DNA of 64,000 bases from Cetorhinus maximus (Eukaryota), in contig NC_135887.1 of the NCBI RefSeq assembly GCF_964194155.1, positions 8,184,001-8,248,000 on the forward strand. Direction: 5' to 3'. Under the pieces are notes generated by a model. It was given only the letters and a program-made list of their open reading frames with translations. It ran no database searches and had not been told where the DNA came from. Shown here one piece after another: positions 35,870 to 49,192 of the stretch (the first letter of the stretch is position 1; each line of letters opens with the position of its first letter). The position numbers were made by a program, and so were the translations under genes.

Positions 35870-37290
35870 ATAGATGTGAGGTAATATATTTTGGTAGGAA
35901 GAATAGAGAGGTGGCTTATTACTTGAAAATTGCAAGTCAATGTGGGATACAGTAACAAATGGATCTCGGAGTACAAATACATCAGTCAATAAGTGTTACT
36001 CCATAGTTTAGCAAGGCTATAAAAAAGCAAACCAAGCACTAGGCTTTAATTCTAGAGGGATAGAATTGAAAAGTAGGGAAGTTATGCCAAACCTACACCG
36101 GACCTTGGTTGTAGTACTGTGTGCCATTCTGGTTGCCATATTATAAAAAGGAAGAAGAGGCACTGGGGAGGTTGCAAAGATTTGCAAGGGTGATACCTGA
36201 AATATGTGGTCATGCATATCAAGAAAGGATTGATAGGCTGGTTCTACTTTCTCTTAAAAAAAAAGGGCTGAGGGGTGACCTTTTAGAATTATGAAAGGTT
36301 TTGATAGAGAGAATGTTTCCTCTTGTGGGGAAGAGCATAACTAGAGGCCATTAATAATGACCAAGAAGTCTAACAGGGTGCAGAATACTGCGTTTGTTGG
36401 GCGGGCGCACACCGACCCGAACGAGCGTAAAATGACGCGCGATGACGTCAGGGGAGCGTCCCGACGTCATTGTGCACTTGCGCGATATTTCGGTCGGTGG
36501 GCGCACACGGTAGTCGGCAACGCGCCCGCCGACAATTAACCGGCCCGTTAGGGACATTAAAGTTCTAACTAAATGAAACTTTTTGCTGCCTGGTTGGTGG
36601 GCAGGCGAAAAGGCCAGGCGGCCTTTGGATTTTTTGTGAAACCTCATCCACGGGCGGGATGAAGTTTCGATCAGTGATTAAAAAAAATAAATAAATAAAA
36701 CTAATTTCTGACATGCCCCTGCTCGTGTGGGGACATGTTATTAACATTTTAAAATTCTTTATTTTTTAGTTTCAAAGTTCTTCAGCTCCCTGAGGCAGCT
36801 CTGAGGCTCGGGGAGCTTTTACTGTGCGCATGCGCACACTTCCGCGCTTGCACTCCTCCCACCCCCACCCCGGCAGCGCTGAACGCTGGAGCGCGTGTTT
36901 CACGCTGGCTGGCCGTTAATTGGCCCACCAGCGTGAAATCCACGCCCGGGCCCGATTGCGGGCGGCGGTCGGCTTCCTGGCCTCTCCTGGGCCTGCCCAC
37001 AGCGCCCGCCCGACGAGGGCAAAATGCTGCCCAGGGAGTTCAGCAGAAACTTCTTTACCCAAAGAGTGGTAAAAATGTGGAACTCGCTTATGACAGAGTG
37101 TGGGTGAGGCGAATAGTGTAGATGTATTTAAGGGGAAGTTGGACAAGTATCTGATGGAGAAATTTATAGAGGTTTACAATGGTAGATTTAGTTGAGGAAA
37201 GATGGGAAGAGGCTCAACTGAAGAAAAACACCAGCTCGGACTGACTGGGCCAATGGCCTGTTTCGGTGCAATATTTCCGACGTAATCCTT
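35870..37290 (+). mobile_element. CR1-type LINE 3' fragment interrupted by a MITE
   Basis: CR1 ORF2 C-terminal region; reads through as AAGTCTAACAG|GGAGTTCAGCAGAAACTTCTTTACCC once the MITE is removed. Confidence 0.8.
36377..37031. mobile_element. Harbinger-type MITE, CpG-rich
   Basis: 3-bp TSD CAG (36374-36376, 37032-37034); imperfect TIRs; homologous in reverse orientation to 46146-46690. Confidence 0.85.
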
Positions 37291-38347
37291 ATCTTGGCCT
37301 TTCCGCTTATACGATAAGTTAAAGAAGGAACTCCACATAGAAAACATGGCATAAGCCCATACGGACTTTATCAGAGCATTTAATAGTTGCCAACTAGAAT
37401 GGGCCACTGGAGTGCATGGAACTAAACATCCAAAATTTCAGATGAATACAAAAAATAAAAATCTAAAGAAAATCGGGGAGTTCCCATCGAGAAAAGGTCA
37501 CTGGGATCTGCCGCTCTTAAATTAGAAAGCAAGCTATTTTTGTTGTTGTCCAGCTCTCATTCACCTCATGGACAACACTTGTTTCTTCTTGTGGTCCTGC
37601 AGTGAAACCTTTTGGATAGCCTGACTCTAATAGTGAAATAAATAGGTGCCACCAATAGCTTGATTGGGTTATAGATTTTTTTTAAAGGACCTGAGTGTTT
37701 TGTTTCATTCACAAAATGGCTTTGTTTTACTGAATTACTTCATACCGATCATAAAACTGAAGAGATGCAATCATTTGGGTTCATCAGCTGAACCGCAGCA
37801 AGAGACAGTCTAAATAAATAAAGCTGCATAGGCCAGAACTGGTTCAAGGCAGGTCATTTCATACAAGTCTTCCTTTATTCTCCCCTCATTTAAGAGATAC
37901 TGTAGGAATTGTAAATCTTTCAAAAGCCATTTCATTATCTCCTTCCTTTTATAGAGATTGTCTTATCACTTTGTACAGACTGATGCACAGAATAATTGTC
38001 TCTAATAAACAGAGGACCATTTTAGTACTAAACTCTAATCATGTGTTGTGGATTGCATATTTACAATTAGCATTGACAGTATAATAACTAGTTAGTTGTG
38101 TTCAGTCGTAAAATTGCTGTTCTGTTTTTTGACCTACAAGAAGCAAAATGAAAACCATTGTATTCTACTCCAGATAAGTCATTTTTCATGCTTAAGGGTT
38201 TGAATTATACAATAATTTGAATTGAGTGAATTTGAATTTTAAATAGATGGTACCAGTTAAATGTCCCTTGCACTTATTGTTACTTTGAGTATATTAGAAC
38301 AATTCTTAAAACGAGGAGCTTGGGTAATATGCATTAAGGATCTTTAT

Positions 38348-39285
38348 CATCAGTGTTATCTCCAAATTTGCAGATGACACAAAGCTGGGTGGGAGGGTGA
38401 GCTGTGAGGAGGATGCAGAGATGCTTCAGTGTGATTTGGACAAGCTGAGTGAGTGGGCAAATGCATGGCAGATGCAGTATAACGTGGATAAATGTGAGGT
38501 TATCCACTTTGGTAGCAAAAACAGGAAGGCAGATTATTATCTGAATGGCTATAAATTGATAGAGGGGAATGTGCAACGAGACCTGGGTGTCCTCGCACAC
38601 CAATCACTGAAGGTAAGCATGCAGGTGCAGCAGGCGGTAAAGAAGGCAAATGGTATGTTGGCCTTCATAGCGAGAGGAGCAGGGGTGTCTTGCTACAATT
38701 ATATAGGGTCTTGGTGAGACCACACCTGGAATATTGTGTGCAGTTTTGGTCTCCTTATCTGAGGAAGGATGTTCTTGCTATAGAGGGAGTGCAGCGAAGG
38801 TTTACCAGACTGATTCCCGGGATGGCAGGACTGACATGAGGAGAGATTGAGTCAGTTAGGATTATATTTGCTAGAGTTCAGAAGAATGAGGGGGATCTCA
38901 TAGAAACCTATAAAATACTAACAGGACTAGACAGAGTAGATGCAGGAAGGATGTTCCCGATGGTGGGGGAGTCCAGAACCAGGGGTCACAGTCTGAGGAA
39001 ACGGGGTAGACCATTTAGGACTGAGATGAGGAGAAATTTCTTCACCCAGAGAGTGGTGAGTCTGTGGAATTCGCTACCACAGAAAGTAGTTGAGGTCAAA
39101 ACATTGCATGTTTTCAAGAAGGAGTTAGATGTAGCTCTTGGGGTGAAAGGGATCAAAGGATATGGGGAGAAAGTGGGAGCAGGCTATTGAGTTGGATGAT
39201 CAGCCATGATCATAATGAATGGAGGTACAGGCTCAAAGGGCTGAATGGCCTACTCCTGCTCCTAGTTTCTATGTTTCTATGTTTT
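38348..39285 (+). mobile_element. CR1 (HER1-like) LINE, 5'-truncated, well preserved
   Basis: KFADDTKLGG, LQCDLDKLSEWANAWQMQYNVDKCEVIHFG, RRNFFTQRVVSLWNSLP; (TTTCTATG)n tail. Confidence 0.93.
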
Positions 39286-39502
39286 TTGAAGAAAATAACC
39301 TAAGGTAGCAAGTCTCCTTTTGAAGTCATAATGTGATAATTCGAGATAACTTCAGTGTCCTGGAGGTAAAATGGTCAGATCAGAGACAACCATATAGGAG
39401 TGAAAGTGTAAACAATTGCTCAGTACAACATATGAAGCAAAGTTTTACATTGCCTTGCGTAAGAACAATAATCGCCCTTCAAATAATTAATTTGTATGTT
39501 TT

Positions 39503-39803
39503 TTTAATTCGTTCATGGGATGTGTGCGTCGCTGGCTAGGCCAGCATTTATTGCCCATCCCTAATTGCCCTTGTTCACAGGGCATTTTCTTTTAAGAGTC
39601 ACATGTAGGCCAGACCAGGTAAGGACAGCAGATTTCCTTCCCTAAAGGGCATTAGTGAACCAGATGGGTTTCATAGTCATCATTAGATTTTTAATTCCAG
39701 ATTTCTTTTATTGAATTCGAACCCAGGTCGATCCCAGGTCCCCAGAGCATTACCCTGGGTCTCCAGATTACTAGTCCAGCGACAATACCACTATGCCATT
39801 GCC
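39503..39803 (-). mobile_element. tRNA-derived SINE (family A)
   Basis: Minus strand TGGCATAGTGGTATTGTCGCTGGACTAG...GGTTCGAATT...GGAAGGAAATCTGC...GGGATGGGCAATAAATGCTGGCC. Confidence 0.85.
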
Positions 39804-40699
39804 AATGCTGTGAAGCGTTTTGGAAAGTTTCCCATTAGATATTATGTTAATGCCACATGCTTTCATTCTCTTCTTTCTTCATCAGCATTGATTGGTAACC
39901 TGGAAGTGACTGAGCATTTGGATTCCCCTGACCCTTCCAGTTAAATCTGATGTTCCATATAAGGCTGAAACATTGAGAGCACACTTTGGAAGAGCAAATT
40001 TTACAACGGCTTCAGAAAGGACTTTGTAGGAAGTGGGACTAGAATAATGGAAAGGACGCAGGCAGCTATTTTAAGGTGGAACCTCTAAGGAACAAAAGCA
40101 CAACACATTAAGACCAAAAATGCAATTGCTAAATAAGGAGATGAAAATTTACCTCCTAACCATTTATATATTAAAAAAATAGTTTAAAAGAATGCAGGAG
40201 AACAGGAATGGGAGATCTACAATATCCAGTTGGGGATAATTAAAAGGAAGAAGCAACCAGAAATGTGGATATCAACAGAAGCAAAAAATATTTCTGCTCT
40301 GAGATAATGGCCGATCTCATGTGGCAGTGCTCCTGGACAGTTGGAGGCTATGTTGTCAGCGGGGTGGAGGCGGGGTGGGGGGTGGAATTACAGGGATGGC
40401 GGTAGGGTGCACATCTCCATTGAGAGAATTTGGAAGCAAATTTGTATAGGTACATTTAGACTGTGACCTTGGTGTCAATGTGAAGCATAGGGTTGACGCT
40501 ATAGATGCAGCATAAATCTGGAGCCTGGGGCTTGACTGAATCTGGAGAGAAGCTACATGAGGCTACTTGGGGATGTAGTCCCCACACTGCCTGCACTTTA
40601 ATAACAGATGAAATGCAACTCTAGTGCGGGTGTAATACTATTATTATTTTTAGCTAGCATTGGCAAAGAAAGTAGAAGTTATAAGAAAGGTTCTGTCAT

Positions 40700-42250
40700 T
40701 TAAATTTGCGACTGATAGAAAATATAAAGCTAAATCCACAAGGTCATTAAGCAGTATTGCATCTATAATAAACTACATCTGGTAACTATTCTTAGGAGCG
40801 TTGAAAACCTGAAGATGAGCAATATATTCCAATATTCCAGAAAGGAATGAAACCTGAACCAAAATATAATGGATCAATAGCCCAACATCTATAATGGTAA
40901 AAATGCTGATATCAATGTAAATAATGTTACTGATGCTCTTCAAAAGACCACAGAAACCAGGCACAGCGGTCAGCATGTAACAAGGAAGCTATCACTGATA
41001 TAATGGAATTCTTTGTAAAGATGCCATGCTAATAGATGAGTGTTTTTTAGTGAATACAATTTACTTGAATTTTTGGGGTAAAGTTCTACGTGAGAGTTTA
41101 AGGAAGGAAATCAATGGATCACAAACCTGCTCAGCAGGACAAGAAGTAAAGTGATCATGAATAGGAAAAGCTCTGTTTGGCAGGGATCTCTTCTCCTGTT
41201 CCTACTATTCATAAATTACTTTGGCGAGAGCATCTCTTGTATCATTATAAAATCGGCCGATAACATCAAGTGTCAAGTATCAGGGAGATAACAGGGCTGG
41301 AAAGATCTGGATCAATTAAGCGCATAATTGCAGTAATTCCATCTGCTATTCCATAGTCTAAGTGTAAGAAAACCACAAGTGAAATAGGAAACAGTAAATG
41401 TACATGATGGAAGGATGTGTAATAGTGGGGGAGGAAAAGATTTGGACGTGATTATTCACTAAAAGCTTCCAATCAATGTAAGTACATCAACAAAACTAGT
41501 TCAATACTATGGCATTAAACAATAGATCAAATTTATTCCAGTGTTGAGTATATCACTGCTGAGACAGCGGTTGCAATATTGTTCACATCTTTTTAGGCTC
41601 CACCCTTTCAAAAAGATATTGATGCACAAGAGTAGATTCAGGAAAGTTAAAGATGAGAAGCGACTGGCAGAATAAAGATGATCAGTGATCCAGGTACAAG
41701 ATGCCGAGAGGCATAGATATTGTAAACGGAAGCAGGCAATTTGATGCTGACTCAGAGTACTGAACTGAAGGATATGGGCTTAAAATTTTAAAAGCCTGAT
41801 TTAAGATTAGATTTTTTTACAAAAACTATTTTTCCACAGGATCTTGGACATAGTGAGCAGATTATAAACAGAAACATTGGTGCTGTATCATGTACCTCCT
41901 CAAAAAAAGGCAGTTGGCTAATGTTTGACTGGGGATTGAGCTAGAATATTTCAGATAGTTATAGATGGTTATACTCTAATTATCAAATACTACACACGAC
42001 ACTTGTTTCTGTGCCACTGAGGTCAGGAAGCAGTATTACCTATTGAAGTCAGACTAAGGCTGAATAGTGGAGATGAGGGATGGATGAATATCCTGGAGTT
42101 TTGTTTGAATATTTTTGGTGATCAGGGAGTATTTTAACGGAACCTTCCCCCAGGGGATTAATAGACTGAGACGAATCAGTGGCAAGGTGGATGGTACTTA
42201 GGTTGTGGAATGAATGGGCTTGTTTGGCCAAATTGCGAATGCTCATTCTA
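40700..42250 (+). mobile_element. Highly eroded CR1-group LINE
   Basis: Traces of RT (GCCGATAACATCAAG) and a CR1-like 3' end GAATGGGCT...GGCCAAAT; no ORF. Confidence 0.4.
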
Positions 42251-42324
42251 TAAACTTTATAGCAGCAGATGATTGGTCATTGAGTAGACAGGACATGATT
42301 CAAAGTGAGAAAGGGGAAATTTAA

Positions 42325-42858
42325 AAACAAAAAGCTAAAAGCTACTGCGGATGCTGGAAATCCAAAACAAAAACAGAATTACCTGGAAAAACTCAGCAGG
42401 TCTGGCAGCATCGGCGGAGAAGAAATCAGTTAACGTTTCGAGCCTTCATGGCCCTTCGGCAGAACTGAAGCATAGTTAGAAGAAGGGAGAAATATAAATT
42501 GGTTTAAGGTGGGTGGGGGGGGTGGGGGGGGAGAGACACATTGAGGGTGTGGTGATTGTGGAGATGAGCAGATAATCAAAAGATGTCACAGACAAAAGGG
42601 TCAAAGAGGTGTCGAAGGTGGTGACATTTGTCTGAGAAAAGTGCTAATTAAGAATGGAAGACAGGAGATTCAAAGTACAGCTCTAGTGGGGGTGGGGTGG
42701 AAAGACTAACAAGGTTTTAGTTTAGATTTAAAAATAATGGAAATAGGTGGGGAAAGAAGAATCTATATAAATTATTGAAAAAAAAGGGAGGGGGGGGCGG
42801 GGAAGAAACGGGGTGGGGATGGGGGGAGGGGGAGTTTAAGATCTAAAGTTGTTGAGTC
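42325..42858 (-). mobile_element. Penelope-like element 3' terminal region
   Basis: Reverse-complement homolog of 30410-30905; CTGCGGATGCTGGAAATC...CTCAGCAGGTCTGGCAGCATC. Confidence 0.88.
42428..42466 (-). ncRNA. Minimal type I hammerhead ribozyme motif (variant core)
   Basis: Minus strand AGTT-CTGCCGA-A-GGGCC-ATGAA-GGCTC-GAAAC-GTT-AACT. Confidence 0.6.
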
Positions 42859-43637
42859 ACCAATATTCCAAGGGGAAATTTAGGTGTGGTAACGGGAAAT
42901 ACGTCACATTATGATTGGCCAATGCATAGAATGAACTTCTGAGTACAGCCACCTTACGCCTTAATGAAACACTGGAGTATTGGAGGCAAAATCTTTGTCA
43001 TTTACATGACATTACAATTATAGCATTGGCGTGAAGCACTTTTTCTTCACATCAGCACTAGAGTTGTATAAATCCAGAGTTAGGCCCCGACCTACCTCTG
43101 GAGCAGGGAGCTTCTCCACTTTGCTTCAGTCAAATTAGCTTCTGACCATGGATTTATACCTCAAATCTGGCAGAGTAGTGGAGATCAAAGCATCTTCACA
43201 CACACTGTAATGTGAACAGGTTATAATGTAAGTACAGCGTAAGGCCTAGATGCTGGGAGAAAAGGCATTGTTTTTCGGGATTATTGAGCTGATTTATTCA
43301 ATTGATCTTATGAAAGAACTGATGGCGCCGTGACCCTTCAGAAATGACTATTGTCACTCAACAAGCATGACTTTGAAATACTTCGGCTGCATTTTCACAA
43401 TAAGTGTTTCGAGCTGCAAATTGTGTGTTTTTTAAATATAACTGAAAGAGCAAGCGTTTGTGTAATTTTTCACAGGTAATTTTTGAAAATGTTTTGATAA
43501 ATTATTTCCCATCAATATACCCTCACAGTTTAAAGTATGGTGCGATTTGGGTTTGTTGCCTGATATCTAAAAGTAAATTGTTAAGCTCTTAAAATATTTG
43601 GTTATCTCGTTCGACGTGGACAGGACACTGAGATTAG

Positions 43638-43910
<273 letters not shown>

Positions 43911-46145
43911 TGAAGTTGCCTGTAGGCAGTGCAAGTGGCTGTTACCTCCCAGTGTTTCATTAAGGCGTAAGGTGGTTGTGATCCCTTTTCATTTGACACA
44001 TGGAAAGATTTAACTTTAACTTATCTACAATGGATATTTTTGTTGTTCCTCTCTCCTAGCAGCTTTAGACAATAAGATGTTCAGAAATTTGCTGCTTTAA
44101 GAGATAATAATACCGGGGAGGGGGAGGCGGGGGTGCATTTTGCATGATTCATGTTTTCACTTAATATGGAGGAACAGCAGATTGCTACACACAGCTCACT
44201 CTGTATGGAAGGAAAGCTACTCCCAAGTAAATGCTACTTCTTAGGGCTGTATTAAACATCAGATTTTGCCCTGAGCCCGAGGAGAGCGGGAAGTGGTATT
44301 TCCAAACAAGAAGGCGGCAATTTACAATGTGAGTCCTTTCCGGCTGCAATTGTGCCCCTCGTCTTGGTCAGTTTCCCAATGGCAGGAAAGCTAACATCCC
44401 AGTATCCCAAGGCGGGGATAGTGCACTGAGTCACTGGGGCAATTTTAACCCCACTAAAAGAACAGGCGTATGTGGATCGAGCCGGATGTTCAAATGTTAT
44501 TTGACTCCCCAGCCAACCCAGTCTGCTTGCTTCTGGTTTTAAAGGGGGAGGGGTGGGGGCAATGGGCAGGCAAACAGCCAGTTCGCAGGAGGGGTGTTGG
44601 CAATTTAAATATTATAAATCTTTCACCCACAACACATGTTCAGCTCACTGGCCTGTGTTTTTGTATGTCATCCTTTTAAAGGCTGTTGGTAGGTTAAGTT
44701 AGTGTTCAATTTTCAGGCTCTGACTCCAGTTTCTAATGATTCTTCAAAAATGCCGGTAAGGATATTATTAATATCATTAGCCTTCTGTTTTGAGCTGCGG
44801 TTTCTGAAGCCCTCCTTTTACTTTGGAGTAGCTTTTCTTCCATACAGAGCTACCTGCCATTCCTCCACATTAGGTGAAAACATCAATTATGCAAATGCCC
44901 TTTACTATTATTATTTCTTGAAGCAAATTTCTCAACATTTTACTGTCTGAATCTGCTAGGGAAGGGGAGGAACAAAAATATCCGTTGTAGATAAATTTCA
45001 AAGTTTTTTGTCTTTAATTTTTTATTAGTGACCACCTTAAGTGAAATTACACTTTCCTTTAGTACTTACCAATTCCCCGCACCCCCGTTCCTCCATGGGA
45101 ATGTTACTTCCAAGTTGGTTGTGTGTCTGGTGGTTAATCAAGGGCACCAGCAGCAAAATGACTGATGGCTGCTGTTCAATTAAGTGGAGCATCACTGTGG
45201 AAGGTAAGTGTCGTTTAGAGAACAGGAGAGTTGTTAATTCAAATATGTTCTGAGAAGATTTGTTTTGAATTAAGCAGACCTGACGAATCCAGGGATGCAG
45301 TCATTAACAGGATTTCCATCGCTCTGTGTTTTACCAGCAACTGTAGTCATTTCACGTGAAAATATAATAAAACCTCTGTTTAATGTGGTGGATCGACCTG
45401 TATCAACAGGTGATTCTGCTGCACAGAATATGCTGGGATGCAGTTGCTTGTATTCACAGCTACAAACGTTAGTCTGTTCAATTTTGGTGATCAGCACTAG
45501 TTTAGAAGGACTTGAATTGGTGCTGATCTATCCAACAATCAGTGCTGACGTGGAGTATCTCTGCCTTCAGTCAGGGCTGTGGGCACACAAGTTCAATCCA
45601 TGCCAAACTAGCAAATGAAGACAATAACCCAACTGAAGCTTTACTCACCTGTCTGAGGACAAACAACACGGCAGCTTTTCTATTACTTCTCCAAGTAAGG
45701 TTCGATCCGATAGTGATGAAATCAAGTTAAGAAGATCTGATGATTTTCACTTACCGACAATGAATGTCTCCAACTGATAAATTAACTTGCAAGACCAATT
45801 TGATAAATAAAGAATATGGTGATCTCGAAGAAATGGCGATGGTGCTTATTGGATTAAAAATGGCTTCATGTTACAAATTAAAAATTAGAATTAAAGCTAC
45901 AGAAAAGTACTGAAAGCTGTGGGCCAACCTTCAGAATACCACAGAGATGCAGCATCCACCGTCCTGTAGACTTTCCACAACTCTGGCATAATTGGGAGTC
46001 TCACCGCTGCTTGTTCCTCGTATTTCCAGGAAGTGAGCCTGCCACAATATGGCAGCAAATGATGCCAACAATAACAGCCAGTTGCATTGACATGTTACAT
46101 AGTCTTTACCGCACAGAAACAGGCCATTCAGCCCAACGGATCCAT

Positions 46146-46690
46146 GGCCTGAATTTTCAGCTTGGCGGGCAGGCGCGATCGGCGGGCCTGGGAGCGGTCG
46201 GGAAACTGACCACTGACCGCGATCGGCCTCTGACCGTGATCTCACGCTGGCTGGCCAATTAGCGGCCAGCCGGCGTGAAGCACGCGCTGAATAGCTCAGC
46301 GCTGCCAGGGTGGGGGACGGGAAGAGGGCGGGCGATGACGTTTTTGCGGGCGCCGGCGAGCGCTGAGAGAAAGCTCCCTGGAGGCTGAGAGCTGCCTCAG
46401 GGAGCTGCAGGCCCGAAAACCATGAAATAAAGTTTTGAAAATCAGGGGAAAAAAATGCCCAAGCGTCACAATCAGGCACCTGAACATACAGATGATAAAA
46501 ATGCTGTCCACTGGTTTTTATTTTATTTAATAACGGAAACCTCATCCCGCCCTTGGATGAGGCTTGATGAAAAATGCAAAGTCCGTCTGGCTGATTCGCC
46601 CGTCCGCCAACCCGTAAGGTTGGACGAGCCACGAAAAATCGGAGACAATTGCGCCGTTAATGGGCACCTGCGGGAAGTAAAATTCAGCCC
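46146..46690. mobile_element. Harbinger-type MITE, CpG-rich
   Basis: TIRs GGCCTGAATTTT / AAAATTCAGCCC (11/12); 3-bp TSD CAT at 46143-46145 and 46691-46693. Confidence 0.9.
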
Positions 46691-46853
46691 CATGTCTGTG
46701 CCTTTACTCCACTAAGCCTCCTTCCACCCTTCTTCATCTAACCCTGTCAATGTATCCTTCAAGCCTTTCTCCCTCACGTGGTTATCCAGACCCGGCTTAA
46801 ACCCATCTCTGCTAGTTGCCCCCACTACCACTTGTGAGCGAGGGTTCTACATT

Positions 46854-47069
46854 TGTAATGACCTGACGTTCTGGACAGGTTTCTACCAGAAACAGATAAC
46901 TTTATTGCAGAGAGCTTTTCAGATGCTACGTGCATGAACCAGGGCCTTGACGAGAAAGCCCCACCCACCCGGATTACCCCCGCTTGGGCCTCATTGGTCG
47001 GAGCCTCCAAGAGCAATCACGTGACCTCCCTGATAGGCCACAGGAAAGGCTGTACCTTCAGTTACTACA
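46854..47069 (-). repeat. Gypsy 3' LTR (216 bp)
   Basis: TGTAATG...TACTACA; minus-strand AATAAA; adjacent to the PPT. Confidence 0.92.
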
Positions 47070-47080
47070 TTTCCTCCCCC
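47070..47080 (-). promoter_or_regulatory. Polypurine tract
   Basis: Minus strand GGGGGAGGAAA immediately before the 3' LTR. Confidence 0.85.
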
Positions 47081-49020
47081 TTTGGTTATTTTTTTACTGT
47101 TTCTATTTACAGAGAATATTTGAATATCCCACAACATATGTGTATATATACAGCTCAGGTGATTAAAAATGAAGTCTCTGAGGTGCTTTTCCTTATTTGG
47201 TTAGAGTGGTGTAGCTCTACCACTTGAGGTTCTTCCACTGGATTGACATGTTAATGAACTGCAGCACCAGGTACATCATTAGAAAGTGGAATTTCAGGGT
47301 TCGGCAACTCTACGGAGACATTGGGCCTGTCTATTCTAGCGCAGTCTGTCACCTCAGGGATTAATGGTTCACCGTTACTCACAGGCGGAACAGCTGGTTG
47401 TTGGAATGTCTCTCTATTCCTAAAATGATCCACATGTTTGCGAATAATTCGGTCTTCCACTTCCACCTGGAAGGACAAAGGACCCGTTTCTGAGACAATT
47501 GTACAAAGGACTCAACAAGATCCCCTTCTAAAATTCTGCACAAAAACTGTGTCTCTTACAGTGAATCTTTGAGCTTTGCTATGAATATTGTGATTCAATT
47601 TTTGATTACTCTGATTCTTCTCTGCCTTCCCCTCTTAAGTTTGGAACAACCAGATTTAACCTTGTACGTTGTGTCAATAATTCAGACGGCATTGAACCTG
47701 TAGTTGAATGAGGCCTTATACGATAATCGAGAAGAAAGCGGGAAAGTCGAGTTTCTAGAGTACCTTCTGATAACCTCTTCATTCCAGATTTGAAAGTTTG
47801 CACAGCTGTCTCAGCTAAACCATTTGATGAGGGATGGTATGGGGCTGTTTTAATATGTCTGATTCCATTTAAACCCATGAATCTCTGAAACTCTGTGCTG
47901 GTAAAGACTGTACCGTTATCAGAAATGATGACTTCCGGTAGGCTTTTCGACATGTGCGCTCAATGTCGATGATCTGACTTCATTCACATCCATCTATTTA
48001 GAGTGCGCATCTACGATCAATAAAAACATGGTACTTAAGAATGATCCTACATAATCAATATGTAGTCTACCAAGGTCGACCAGGCCACTGCTATTATGCG
48101 GTGGAGCTGAAACAGGCAACTTCATGTTGCTGCTGGCAATGGAGACAGTGCTTGGCCATGCTTTGAATGTCACTGTCTATGCCTGGACACCAGAAAATGC
48201 GTGAGCATTTTCATCTTTGATATACCTGGATGCGCACTGTGAAACCCTGTCAAGAATTATTCCCTTCCTTGCGAAGGGACGACAGCTCTTGATCCCTACA
48301 GCAGGATTCCGTCTTGACAACTCAACCCTGTTTTTCGGGCATGGAATGGTCTCAACTCTTCAGACACTGGTGAATTTGACCACCCGTGTAATACAAGGTC
48401 TCTGCCTTTTGACAAAATTGGATCTCTGTTTGCCCAATTCCTAATTTGCTTCATGCACGCAGGCAAAGAATCCAAGAAATTCAGCACAAACACAGCTACT
48501 TGTGGCACTGGAGCATGTACTATGCTATCTGGTAACAGGAGATTACTGAGTGCGTCCCCATTTGCAATATACAAGCCAGGACGGTGCATAAAGGTATACT
48601 CATAAGCAGATAATATCAAAGCCCAACATTGAATTCTTGCTGATGCTATTGGTGGAATGGCCTTATCCTCACTGAATAAACCCATTAATGGTTTAGGGTC
48701 CAACACAAAGGTGAAGTATCATCCATGCAGGTACTGGTGGAATATCTTCACTCCGAATATCACCAATAAACCTTCCTTTTCTAGTTGGGAATAATCCTTT
48801 TTGGCTGTGGAGAGTGTTTTGGAGACATAGCCAATTATCCTTTCTGATCCCCATCTTCCATTCTATGTGGTAACACAGCCCCCACACCATAAGGAGATGC
48901 ATCACATGTTTCGATAGGTCATAGTGTACTGATAAACGTGATGAATGTAATAGCTTCTTAACTTTCACAAAGGCTTCTTCTTGTTGTGAATTCCACGACC
49001 AACGATGATTTTTTTTTTTA

Positions 49021-49192
49021 AAACAAAAACAAAAATACCTGGAAAAACTCAGCAGGTCTGACAGCATCTGCGGAGAGGAACACAGTTAACGTTTCGAGTC
49101 CGTATGACGTTCTGATGAAGAGTCATACGGACTCAAAACATTGACTGTATTCCTCTCCGCAGATGCTGTCAGACCTGCTGAGTTTTTCCAGG
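49021..49192. mobile_element. Fold-back Penelope terminal fragment (71-bp inverted repeat) with hammerhead motif
   Basis: Arms 49038-49108 and 49122-49192, 67/71 complementary, with a 13-nt spacer containing CTGATGA. Confidence 0.9.

Noticed and set aside
42505-42835. G-tract (G-quadruplex-like) runs
   Set aside because: They are part of the Penelope 3' region and recur at ~6075-6155 and ~30445-30605; not a locus-specific signal.
45931-46632. 233-aa ORF
   Set aside because: It is an open frame by chance through a GC-rich MITE and flanking repeat, with no domain motifs.
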